DNA from: Candidatus Gottesmanbacteria bacterium
Lineage (GTDB): Bacteria > Patescibacteriota > Microgenomatia > UBA10105 > UBA927
Assembly: GCA_016218215.1 (NCBI GenBank)
Contig: JACREM010000047.1
Location: 1 to 55,818 of the forward strand
Direction: 5' to 3'
Length of the DNA: 55,818 nt
Positions 36,246 to 44,731 of this stretch are shown here, in pieces. The translations under genes and the position numbers were made by a program. Below the pieces are notes generated by a model, which was not told where the DNA came from, did not search any database, and was given only the letters and a program-made list of their open reading frames with translations. The stretch's first letter is position 1. Each line of letters begins with the position of its first letter.

Positions 36246-37259
36246 ATGTTCGATTCCAATTTTTTTGTATCACTTGAATTAGCTGAAATTCATACACACC
36301 TTGGCTTTAGCGTCTCTCCGACCATGCTCTGGGAGATAGCCCACAATCAGGGTCTTCGACTTCCGACTAAAAATTATTTTGAGTTTGAAAAACTCGTCAC
36401 GATGTACGAATCCAAAGGATACGAAGAATACCTTATGCTTTTTGATCTGACAGAAAAAATACAGTCATCGCCAGAGGCGTTGTTTTTAGCCACAGAAACA
36501 GCCGTATCCAGTGCCTACCGCAAAAATAATATTACAACGCTTGAACTCCGCTTTAATCCAATTTTGCGGAGCCGAAGCGGCGAACGAGATCTAGATCACC
36601 TTATAGTATTCGCTATTCAGGGCATGGAGCGCGCCATGCTCAAGTACCCCGTAAACGCTGGGCTTATTCTTATGATGGATAGGAGATTTACACTTCGTGA
36701 AAATGAGATTATCGTTGAAAAAGCTATTAAATACAAAAGCCGGGGAATTATTGGTGTAGACCTGGCAGGGCCAATTCATAGAACTGAGTCAAGCAAAGTA
36801 TTTCGTCCCAAGGACATACTATCCTGTGTGCGTGAGGCAAGAAAGCATGAACTTGGAGTAACTGTACACACCGGCGAAACTACCTCAACAGACGAAATGT
36901 GGGAGGTGGTGAACAATCTTAGGCCGGATAGAATCGGACACGGCATAGCCTGTGTCACCGATGAGAAACTCATGAACATATTAAAGTCCAAACGCATCGT
37001 GCTCGAAACATGTCCGACGTCAAACCTTCATACTAAGGCACTAAAAAATATTGATCACATGAGAGAAATGTACAAAACATTGCTCCAGCATGACGTACCC
37101 TTTACCATAAATACAGACGGGCCGGAGATGCAAAAAATTTCTCTTCGGGGTGAATATCAGATGCTTTTAGAACATAATGTTTTGACGAAAAAAGAATTGC
37201 TTACCGCAAATAAACTCGCACACAAAGTTTCTTTTCTCAAGAAAGGATCGTCCATATGA
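36246..37259 (+). CDS. add: Adenosine deaminase family protein
   Basis: EIHTHLG, ELRF, GVDLAG, HTGE, RIGHG, CPTSN, NTDG; probable start 36246. Confidence 0.88.
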   Translation: MFDSNFFVSLELAEIHTHLGFSVSPTMLWEIAHNQGLRLPTKNYFEFEKLVTMYESKGYEEYLMLFDLTEKIQSSPEALFLATETAVSSAYRKNNITTLELRFNPILRSRSGERDLDHLIVFAIQGMERAMLKYPVNAGLILMMDRRFTLRENEIIVEKAIKYKSRGIIGVDLAGPIHRTESSKVFRPKDILSCVREARKHELGVTVHTGETTSTDEMWEVVNNLRPDRIGHGIACVTDEKLMNILKSKRIVLETCPTSNLHTKALKNIDHMREMYKTLLQHDVPFTINTDGPEMQKISLRGEYQMLLEHNVLTKKELLTANKLAHKVSFLKKGSSI

Positions 37260-38419
37260 ACAAACAATCAATTATCGAAAACAAAATAGTCCGTCATGAG
37301 GCGTTGACTTTTGATGATATTCTCCTTCTGCCAAATTACTCCGATGTAAAAAGGCAGGACACATATCTTTCAGTAAAGCTACATCCGAAAATTCATCTGC
37401 ACCTTCCGGTTCTCTCGTCGCCAATGGACACGGTGACGGAAGAGTCTATGGCGATCGCTATGGCTCTTGCCGGTGGTCTTGGAGTATTACATAGAAATGT
37501 AAGCGTGGAACATCAGGCTTCTATGGTTATAAAAGTAAAACAGCAAAAAGTGAAAAATGCCAATGAATCAGCAGTAGATTCGGCCGTAGACGAACACAAT
37601 GCACTCCTCGTCGGTGCCGCTGTTGGTGTAGGAAGTGATACCATGGAGCGTGTTGATGCGCTAATGAAGGCAAAAACGGATGTTATCGTAGTAGACAGCA
37701 GCCATGGGTACACAAAATTTGTTATTGATACAGTAAAAGATATCAAAAAACAATATCCCAAGTGTGTTCTTATGGCGGGAAATATTGCGACGTACGACGG
37801 AGCGCGTGCACTCATTGAGGCAGGGGTGGATATTCTTCGCGTTGGCATGGGACCCGGAAGCATATGTACCACAAGAATCATAAGCGGCATGGGTGTGCCC
37901 CAGATATCAGCGATTTCAGCAGTCGTTCGTGCAACTGAAGACTCGCAAGCGACAGTCATAGCAGATGGCGGCATCCGGCAAATCGGAGATATGGCAAAGG
38001 CCCTGGCATTCGGAGCCACTGCAGTTATGCTGGGGTCGCTTCTTGCAGGATACGATGAATCGCCCGGCGACGTTGCAGAGATACACAGTAAAAAATATAA
38101 AATATATCGAGGCATGGGTTCTATTTCTGCCATGAAAAAAGGTGGGGCAGAACGCTACGGTCAGAGTCGGGATACAGACGAAAGGAAATTAATCGCAGAA
38201 GGTGTTGAAGGTTTTGTCCCGTACAAAGGAAGTGTTTCCAACTACCTTTATCAGATTCATGGAAGCCTCCGAACGTCTCTTTACTACCTCGGGTCAAAAA
38301 ATCTCTTGGAGTTTTTTGAAAAGTCCCGTGTGATAAAGATATCAAATGCTGGCTTACTTGAAAGCCATCCGCATGACGTATCGATAGAATCTTCGGGGGG
38401 AAATTATGCAAAAAAATAA
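37256..38419 (+). CDS. guaB: IMP dehydrogenase without CBS subdomain
   Basis: LTFDD, SSPMDTVTE, GPGSICTTR, ADGGI, YRGMGS, flap RY, EGVEG. Confidence 0.92.
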   Translation: MNKQSIIENKIVRHEALTFDDILLLPNYSDVKRQDTYLSVKLHPKIHLHLPVLSSPMDTVTEESMAIAMALAGGLGVLHRNVSVEHQASMVIKVKQQKVKNANESAVDSAVDEHNALLVGAAVGVGSDTMERVDALMKAKTDVIVVDSSHGYTKFVIDTVKDIKKQYPKCVLMAGNIATYDGARALIEAGVDILRVGMGPGSICTTRIISGMGVPQISAISAVVRATEDSQATVIADGGIRQIGDMAKALAFGATAVMLGSLLAGYDESPGDVAEIHSKKYKIYRGMGSISAMKKGGAERYGQSRDTDERKLIAEGVEGFVPYKGSVSNYLYQIHGSLRTSLYYLGSKNLLEFFEKSRVIKISNAGLLESHPHDVSIESSGGNYAKK

Positions 38420-38452
38420 TCTCCCGATTGCATTTTTTCTTGGGATGATTAT
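38416..38452. other. Intergenic inverted repeat overlapping a putative glyA promoter
   Basis: ATAATC-TCCCGA...TTGGGA-T-GATTAT; TTGCAT-N16-TATTAT, with the ATG 6 nt downstream. Confidence 0.45.
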
Positions 38453-38461
38453 TATAAGGTC

Positions 38462-39793
38462 ATGAATAAATACTCGCTAAAATTTCAGGATAAAAAAATA
38501 TTTTCTCTTATAGAGGATGAAAAAGTGAGACAAAGAGATGGTCTTGAGATGATACCATCTGAAAATTATACCTCCGCCGCTGTTCGGGAGTGCATGGGAT
38601 CAATTCTCACCAATAAATATTCCGAAGGGTACCCGAAAAAACGATACTATGGGGGAAATGAGGTCATAGATGAAGTGGAGATTCTCGCTCAGGAGCGAGC
38701 GAAAAAATTATTTGGCGTTCCGTATGTAAATGTACAGCCCTATTCAGGTTCTCCGGCAAATCTCGCTGTCTATCTTGCAACGTGTAATCCAGGAGACACA
38801 GTCATGGGGCTAAATCTTCCGGACGGCGGTCACCTCACTCATGGATGGAAAGTCTCTGCAACAGGCACTTTTTATAAAGGTGTTATGTATCACGTTGATG
38901 AGAATGGCAGAGTGGATATAGATGAGGTATGGCGCCTTGCCAAAGAGCATAAGCCAAAGCTTATCTGGACAGGCGCGACAGCATACGTCTATCAGTACGA
39001 TTTTGAGAAATTTGTTGAAATTGCCCAAAGCGTCGGTGCGTATTTTGCAGCCGATATTGCCCATGTCGCAGGTTTAATCGTTGCAGGTGTGCATACAAGT
39101 CCATTTAAGTATGCACATATTGTGACCACCACGACACACAAGACGCTCAGGGGTCCTCGTGGCGGCATGATTATGGTAACAAATCAGGGATTAAAAAAGG
39201 ATCCCGAACTTGGAGATAAAATAGACCGGGCAATATTTCCAGGCCTTCAGGGTGGCCCGCATGACCACCAAACGGCAGCTATCGCTGTTACTTTAAAGGA
39301 AGCGTCAACGCCTTCGTTTCGTACATATGGAAGCCAGATAGTAAAAAATGCAAAAATTCTCGCAGAAACATTGAAAAAAAGAGGCATATCACTCATAGGT
39401 GGTGGGACAGAAAACCATCTGCTTTTGTTAAATCTCGTTCCAATATTTGGTCCGGGCGGAGGCGTTATAGTCTCTGACGCCCTCGGAGTGGCTCATATTA
39501 CCGTCAACAAAAACACCATACCAAAAGATCCGTCTTCACCGTTTTATCCTTCAGGAGTGCGGCTCGGGACACCTGCACTGACGACCAGAGGCATGAAAGA
39601 GAAAGAAATGAAAATCATTGGAAACCTTATTGCAGATTGTATTGACGCCGTAAAAGTATATAGAGTCCCTGCAAATAAAGAAGAGAGAACAGAATTTCTT
39701 AAAAAAATGAGAAAAGAAATTGCTCTCAATAAAATACTTCTTTTAGTGCGTAGCAAGGTCAAAAAATTAACGCGGGGATTCATCATTCCCTAA
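38462..39793 (+). CDS. glyA: Serine hydroxymethyltransferase
   Basis: SENY, NKYSEGYP..RYYGG, GGHLTHG, TTTTHKTLRGPRGG, GTPALTTRG. Confidence 0.97.
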   Translation: MNKYSLKFQDKKIFSLIEDEKVRQRDGLEMIPSENYTSAAVRECMGSILTNKYSEGYPKKRYYGGNEVIDEVEILAQERAKKLFGVPYVNVQPYSGSPANLAVYLATCNPGDTVMGLNLPDGGHLTHGWKVSATGTFYKGVMYHVDENGRVDIDEVWRLAKEHKPKLIWTGATAYVYQYDFEKFVEIAQSVGAYFAADIAHVAGLIVAGVHTSPFKYAHIVTTTTHKTLRGPRGGMIMVTNQGLKKDPELGDKIDRAIFPGLQGGPHDHQTAAIAVTLKEASTPSFRTYGSQIVKNAKILAETLKKRGISLIGGGTENHLLLLNLVPIFGPGGGVIVSDALGVAHITVNKNTIPKDPSSPFYPSGVRLGTPALTTRGMKEKEMKIIGNLIADCIDAVKVYRVPANKEERTEFLKKMRKEIALNKILLLVRSKVKKLTRGFIIP

Positions 39794-39800
39794 CGTATCT

Positions 39801-39828
39801 TTGCTACACGATGGATTTCGTGTATAAT
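39801..39828 (+). promoter_or_regulatory. rpsB promoter
   Basis: TTGCTA-N16-TATAAT; overlaps the inverted repeat TACACGA-N6-TCGTGTA. Confidence 0.6.
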
Positions 39829-39842
39829 ACGAATATTAAGCA

Positions 39843-39905
39843 CACTCATAGACGTCTTCTTTCTATCGTATAGATAGCCATGAGTGGAAGATCCAAAAAG
39901 AAGAT
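39843..39905 (+). ncRNA. Candidate pseudoknotted rpsB leader RNA
   Basis: CACTCAT/ATGAGTG stem, inner CTATC/GATAG stem, loop GTCTTCTTT complementary to downstream AAAGAAGAT. Confidence 0.55.
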
Positions 39906-39912
39906 AGGGTAT

Positions 39913-39932
39913 CCCGCCCTGGCGGGTTTTTT
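39913..39932 (+). terminator. Intrinsic terminator/attenuator-like hairpin in the rpsB leader
   Basis: CCCGC-CCTG-GCGGG followed by T6. Confidence 0.6.
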
Positions 39933-39946
39933 CAATTTTCATGCAT

Positions 39947-40753
39947 ATGAAAACGATAACATTACAGGAACTTCTCGAAGCAGGATGCCACTTTGGCCAC
40001 AAATCCGAACGATGGCACCCTCGAGCGCAGGAATTTATTTACACCAAAAAGGACGGTATTCACATTATCGACCTTGCCAAAACCAAAAGAGCCCTGGAAG
40101 AAGCCATGGAGTATGTCTATAAAGTTGCATCTACTGGCAATACCGTGCTGTTCGTTGGCACAAAGAGGCAGGCATCAGAGATAGTGAAAAGCGAAGCTTT
40201 GCAGGCAGGGGCGCCTTTTTTCGTCACTCGTTGGGTCGGTGGATTTTTGACAAATTGGGACGGGATCAAGAAAAATATCGACAAAACCAACCTCATGGCT
40301 AAGCAAGAAGCTGAGGGTGCATGGAAAATCTATCCGAAACATGAACAGTTAAAACTTGCCCACCATTTAAGAAAGCTGACGATGGAATATGAGGGAGTAT
40401 TAAACCTTCCAAAACCTCCAGTTGCACTGTTTGTTGTCGATGTAAAAAAAGAATTTTCTGCTGTCCGGGAAGCAAAAAGGACAGAATCTTTTACTCTTGG
40501 AATTGTTGATACAAATACAAATCCTCTCGACGTAGACATAGCCATACCGGCAAACGATGATGCTGTCGGATCTATTACCTATATTGTCAAAGCTATAGCA
40601 GAAGCGTATCTTGAAGGAAGAGATGCGTATAAAAAAGATCTTGCTCATGAAAAGGCAGTCCAAGAACAAAAAGAAGCAGTAAAAGAGCCAATTAAAGCAG
40701 AAACTTCAGAGAAAGAGCCAAAAGCGGCAAAGAAAAAAACCTCTACTCAATAA
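39947..40753 (+). CDS. rpsB: 30S ribosomal protein S2
   Basis: LLEAGCHFGH, GIHIIDL, FVGTK, RW.GG.LTN, DTN, PANDD. Confidence 0.97.
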   Translation: MKTITLQELLEAGCHFGHKSERWHPRAQEFIYTKKDGIHIIDLAKTKRALEEAMEYVYKVASTGNTVLFVGTKRQASEIVKSEALQAGAPFFVTRWVGGFLTNWDGIKKNIDKTNLMAKQEAEGAWKIYPKHEQLKLAHHLRKLTMEYEGVLNLPKPPVALFVVDVKKEFSAVREAKRTESFTLGIVDTNTNPLDVDIAIPANDDAVGSITYIVKAIAEAYLEGRDAYKKDLAHEKAVQEQKEAVKEPIKAETSEKEPKAAKKKTSTQ

Positions 40754-40757
40754 CCTT

Positions 40758-41213
40758 ATGCAGGTATCACTGGATCTTATAAAGAAACTTCGGGAAGAAA
40801 CCTCTGCGGGCGTGTCCGATTGCAGAAAAGCGCTTGAGGATGCCGAAGGAAACATTGATAACGCCCGAAAACTTTTACTTGAGCGCGGTCTTGAAAAAGC
40901 GGCAAAAAAAGAAGGAAAGGAAACGTCACAGGGCGTCGTTGAGGCGTATGTCCATTCCGGACGTGTTGGAGTACTCGTAGAGCTTCGATGCGAAACTGAC
41001 TTCGTCGCTCGAACCGATGAATTTAAACAGCTCGCTCATGAAATTGCGCTTCAAATTGCAGCTATGAATCCTCAATCAACCGATGAATTATTGAAATCTG
41101 CCTATATAAGAGATGGAGCTCTGACAATAGATGCTCTTATGAAATTAAGCATAGCAAAAGTGGGCGAAAACATTACCGTTGCAAAATTTTCCCGTCTTGC
41201 CTTGGATGAGTAG
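40758..41213 (+). CDS. tsf: Elongation factor Ts (short form)
   Basis: IKKLREET.AG..DCRKAL, ELRCETDFVA, GENI. Confidence 0.95.
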   Translation: MQVSLDLIKKLREETSAGVSDCRKALEDAEGNIDNARKLLLERGLEKAAKKEGKETSQGVVEAYVHSGRVGVLVELRCETDFVARTDEFKQLAHEIALQIAAMNPQSTDELLKSAYIRDGALTIDALMKLSIAKVGENITVAKFSRLALDE

Positions 41214-41264
41214 ATTTCTCTTTCCACTATTGCTCCCTTTTGATTCATACGATACCATAGAAGC

Positions 41265-41825
41265 ATGATTACAGTACTTCAGGACGCGAGAGTACGCATG
41301 CAAAAGGCACTGGATATCTCAAAACAGGATATATCAAGCATTCGTTCCGGTAGGGCAACACCGGCTTTGGTAGAAAATATCATCGTGTCCGCGTATGGAG
41401 GATCACAAAAATTGAGAATTTTAGAACTTGCGACCATAAATATACTGGATGTAAAAACGATTACTGTAACGCCATACGATCCAGCCACTATTTCTGAAAT
41501 AGAAAAAGGCATTCAGGATGCACATGTCGGTTTATCACCTCTTAAAGAAGGTGAATACATTCGTATCAGTCTGCCTCCACTATCAGAAGAGAGGCGACTG
41601 GAATATCTAAAGCTTGCGAAAGCAAAACTCGAGTCAGGCAGAGTCATGATCCGTCAGATACGGCATGAAGCCATGAAGGAGCTTCAAAAACTGGCTGATA
41701 CTAAATTTCTTACTGAAGATCAGATGCGTCATGAAGAAAAGCAGATTCAATTACTGACAGATGAGCTTATCGCTGAAATAGATATGCTTGGTGAAAGAAA
41801 AGAAGCAGAGCTTATGAAAATCTAA
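41265..41825 (+). CDS. frr: Ribosome recycling factor
   Basis: IRSGRA.P, PYD, LPPLSEERR, IRQIR; TTGCTC-N17-TACCAT promoter 6 nt upstream. Confidence 0.96.
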   Translation: MITVLQDARVRMQKALDISKQDISSIRSGRATPALVENIIVSAYGGSQKLRILELATINILDVKTITVTPYDPATISEIEKGIQDAHVGLSPLKEGEYIRISLPPLSEERRLEYLKLAKAKLESGRVMIRQIRHEAMKELQKLADTKFLTEDQMRHEEKQIQLLTDELIAEIDMLGERKEAELMKI

Positions 41826-41832
41826 AGAACAA

Positions 41833-42918
41833 ATGATACTCACTGCCGTAATCTTTTTTGTTATCCTCACGATTCTTGTATGCATCCATGAGCTGGGTCA
41901 TTTTGCTATGGCTCGCATTATTGGAGTAAAAGTTGAAGAGTTCGGATTTGGTCTTCCTCCTCGTATTTTTGGTAAAATGTTTGGCAAAACACTCTATTCA
42001 CTCAACTTGCTTCCCATAGGGGGATTTGTCAGACTTGCAGGAGAGGATGCAGAGGAAGACGTAGGGGTAAAACAAAAAAAAATTGTTTCCAAAAAATATT
42101 TTTTTAATAGAAGCAAAAAAGAACGCGTTGCTATTCTTCTGGCAGGCGTATCTATGAACCTTATTCTTGCCCTTGGCATTACGACCGCACTCCTCACCTC
42201 TGGCGTATCTGAACCGTCTGGCAAAGTTCGTGTTCAAAATATTCAGCCGAAAAGTCCTGCAGATACAATTGGACTTCGGGAAAACGATATCATTGCAAAA
42301 ATTCAAACCAATTCTGAAATTGTAACTGTGCACGTACCAAAAGATGTCATCAGTACGGTCAAAAAAAATGCGGGGTCTAGCGTTGATCTATTTATTCTTC
42401 GTAATGGGAAAGAACTGTCTCTTACAGTGGTGCCTCGAGTAGCTCCGCCGCCCGGAGAGGGCCCTTTGGGAGTTGCTATCACTGACCTTGAGATCCACTC
42501 GTATCCAATTCACCTTGCACTTATAAAATCCGTTGAAATCAATGCCGGACGTGTACGCGATATGGTTTTGTCTATAGGATCTACAATTGCACGGGTGATA
42601 ACCCTCCGGTCTCCTGAGGCTGATATAGCTGGTCCTATTGGAATCGCGAAAGTTACCGGTGAGGCAATGAAGTTCGGATGGAAAGCAGTGCTTGAATTTA
42701 TGAGCATACTCTCTTTAAATCTCGCAGTATTAAACGCTCTCCCGATACCGGCGCTTGATGGAGGAAGAGTCCTCTTTGTTCTTTTTGAAAAAATTTTAGG
42801 AAAAAGAATCAGGCCGGCATTCGAGCGGTCTACTCACCAGATAGGCATGATCGTGCTCCTGGCACTTGTCGCGCTAGTATCAATAGGCGACATAGTCAGA
42901 CTTTTTAAGAGCGGCTAA
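41833..42918 (+). CDS. rseP: Site-2 intramembrane metalloprotease (M50, one PDZ domain)
   Basis: HELGH, PIGGFVRLAGE, GPIGI, NALPIPALDGG. Confidence 0.94.
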   Translation: MILTAVIFFVILTILVCIHELGHFAMARIIGVKVEEFGFGLPPRIFGKMFGKTLYSLNLLPIGGFVRLAGEDAEEDVGVKQKKIVSKKYFFNRSKKERVAILLAGVSMNLILALGITTALLTSGVSEPSGKVRVQNIQPKSPADTIGLRENDIIAKIQTNSEIVTVHVPKDVISTVKKNAGSSVDLFILRNGKELSLTVVPRVAPPPGEGPLGVAITDLEIHSYPIHLALIKSVEINAGRVRDMVLSIGSTIARVITLRSPEADIAGPIGIAKVTGEAMKFGWKAVLEFMSILSLNLAVLNALPIPALDGGRVLFVLFEKILGKRIRPAFERSTHQIGMIVLLALVALVSIGDIVRLFKSG

Positions 42919-42919
42919 T

Positions 42920-43798
42920 ATGAAAAAAATAAGCGAGTATTTTTCCTGGTTTGTCCTCCTTGTCTTCGCTGGCCCTACGTTTATGATCATCATCTCATGG
43001 AATAGTGTTCCGGGTGATCCTTTGTATAAAACGAAACTGTATCTCGAGCAGACACTGGTATTGCTTGTAAGCCCCTCTAGGGATACGGCTACCAGCTTGC
43101 AGATGAAATATACGGAAAGACGGCTTGAAGAAGCAAAGACCCTCTTATCCCGCGACCAGTCCTCTGAGGGCTTAGCATACCTTCAGGATCAGATAGTTTC
43201 TACGGGAACGTTTATAGCAAGTTCCAAAACAAGTGCAGATCAATCGGTTCAAGCTGCAAAGTATATAGAGACACTGCAGAAAGTCTCGAAGGAACTTGAG
43301 GTACAGAATAGAACCATAACAGGCACTTCCTCCACAAATCTTTTAACCGCAAATACATCAAACCAACAAATAAATATTGGTACTCAACCAATCAGTTCGC
43401 CTCAACAAGCGGTCTCAAACACATCTCTTTCTAATGCCACTCCGTTGCCACAAAATCAATCAGCTCTTCCATCAGTAGGGACAGCTCCTTCATCAACTGC
43501 TTTAGCAAATAAGCCTGTCGTTATTCAAAATACGCCGCTTGCTGTACCGACGAATTCTGTCATTGCTGCGAAACCCGCTTCTGTACCTTCTCCCACAGTA
43601 TCGCAGGTTATCGTGTCACACGAGATTCAGGCGACACAGGAAAAAATAAAAGAGACCATAAAGGAAATGGAAAAAGTGAAGAAGGATTCTGAAGATAACA
43701 AAAGTCGAAATACAAAAGAACGGGATAAACAACAAAAAGAAGAGCAGAAAAAATCCGAAGATGAAAGCAGGAGGATAAACGAAAAAGTTTCTATGTAA
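42920..43798 (+). CDS. Membrane-anchored coiled-coil protein (DUF5667-like) with Pro/Thr/Ser-rich linker
   Basis: TM, PGDPLY.TK...E, ERRLEEA, low-complexity middle, charged tail. Confidence 0.7.
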   Translation: MKKISEYFSWFVLLVFAGPTFMIIISWNSVPGDPLYKTKLYLEQTLVLLVSPSRDTATSLQMKYTERRLEEAKTLLSRDQSSEGLAYLQDQIVSTGTFIASSKTSADQSVQAAKYIETLQKVSKELEVQNRTITGTSSTNLLTANTSNQQINIGTQPISSPQQAVSNTSLSNATPLPQNQSALPSVGTAPSSTALANKPVVIQNTPLAVPTNSVIAAKPASVPSPTVSQVIVSHEIQATQEKIKETIKEMEKVKKDSEDNKSRNTKERDKQQKEEQKKSEDESRRINEKVSM

Positions 43799-43812
43799 GT
43801 TTCTAACGAAAA

Positions 43813-43840
43813 TTGACAGACTGAATAATTGTGATACAAT
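43813..43840 (+). promoter_or_regulatory. Promoter of the T-box/pro operon
   Basis: TTGACA-N16-TACAAT with extended TG. Confidence 0.75.
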
Positions 43841-43849
43841 ACATAAAAT

Positions 43850-44055
43850 CTAAGAAAAGCGTTTAAGTTTGGTTTCCCGCCAAACAAGCTGCATACGAAG
43901 AGTACGACGGAAGGCAACCGTAAAAATATAACCAAAGTGTGTCGTAAACTAACGGAGCACTAATAAGGATTATTTTATAGATACACACCATAGGTTGGTG
44001 TGTTTTTGTTTAAGATCAAAACAAGGTGGTACCACGAGTTTAATCTCGTCCTTGT
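43850..44055 (+). ncRNA. T-box riboswitch leader (proline), atypical 5' domain
   Basis: Antiterminator ACAAGG-[TGGTACC]-ACGAG...CTCGT-CCTTGT (44021-44055), preceded by a Stem III-like hairpin ACACACCA/TGGTGTGT. Confidence 0.9.
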
Positions 44056-44088
44056 CCCGATTCAATCGGGATGAAGACGAGATTTTTT
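44042..44088 (+). terminator. T-box terminator
   Basis: AATCTCGTC..TCCCGAT-TCA-ATCGGGA..GACGAGATT plus T-run; mutually exclusive with the antiterminator. Confidence 0.88.
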
Positions 44089-44107
44089 GTGGCAAAAAAT
44101 GATAAAT

Positions 44108-44731
44108 ATGAAAGTAATGACTATCAAAATAGGAAGCAGTGTGTTACTCACCCAGCGATATAAACTGGATGAGTTTCGCGTTGCACATATTGCCGACCAA
44201 GTTGTTTCTCTTAAGGGACAAGATGTGGGAGTTGTTTTGGTGGTTTCAGGAGCGGTAGCTTGTGGAGCGAGCCGTGTCAACTTTTCCTCTGAAGATAACG
44301 AGTTAAAGATGGTTGCAGCTGGAATTGGCCAGGCCTACGTCATCTCTGTTTTCCAGCAGATATTTTCAAAAAAGCATGTACAGATAGCTCAGGTGCTAAT
44401 AACAAAAGATCTTTTGAATTCAAACAGTAAAAAAGAGGCTATGGGTAAACTGCTTCATACGTACTTAGAAATGGGCGTGGTAGCTGTTATTAATGAGAAT
44501 GATGCTATCGATCTTAATAGTTTTGGAGGTAATGATTTTCTCGCAACAGATGTTTCTATATTACTGAAGGTAGACCAATGTATGATGCTTTCTACCATGG
44601 CAGGTTCAGAGTATGGAGTTGGAGGAGGAAAAGCTAAACTTCAGGCTCTTAAACTACTAAGAAGGAACAATATCCAGGCAAATATTGTCGATGGTAAATC
44701 TAAAAACATTATTTTGCAAAGTATTTTATGA
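44108..44731 (+). CDS. proB: Glutamate 5-kinase-like protein, internally shortened, no PUA domain
   Basis: IKIGSSVL, VSGAV, AAGIGQ, AQVL, INENDA, G.ND, G.GG..AKL. Confidence 0.85.
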   Translation: MKVMTIKIGSSVLLTQRYKLDEFRVAHIADQVVSLKGQDVGVVLVVSGAVACGASRVNFSSEDNELKMVAAGIGQAYVISVFQQIFSKKHVQIAQVLITKDLLNSNSKKEAMGKLLHTYLEMGVVAVINENDAIDLNSFGGNDFLATDVSILLKVDQCMMLSTMAGSEYGVGGGKAKLQALKLLRRNNIQANIVDGKSKNIILQSIL

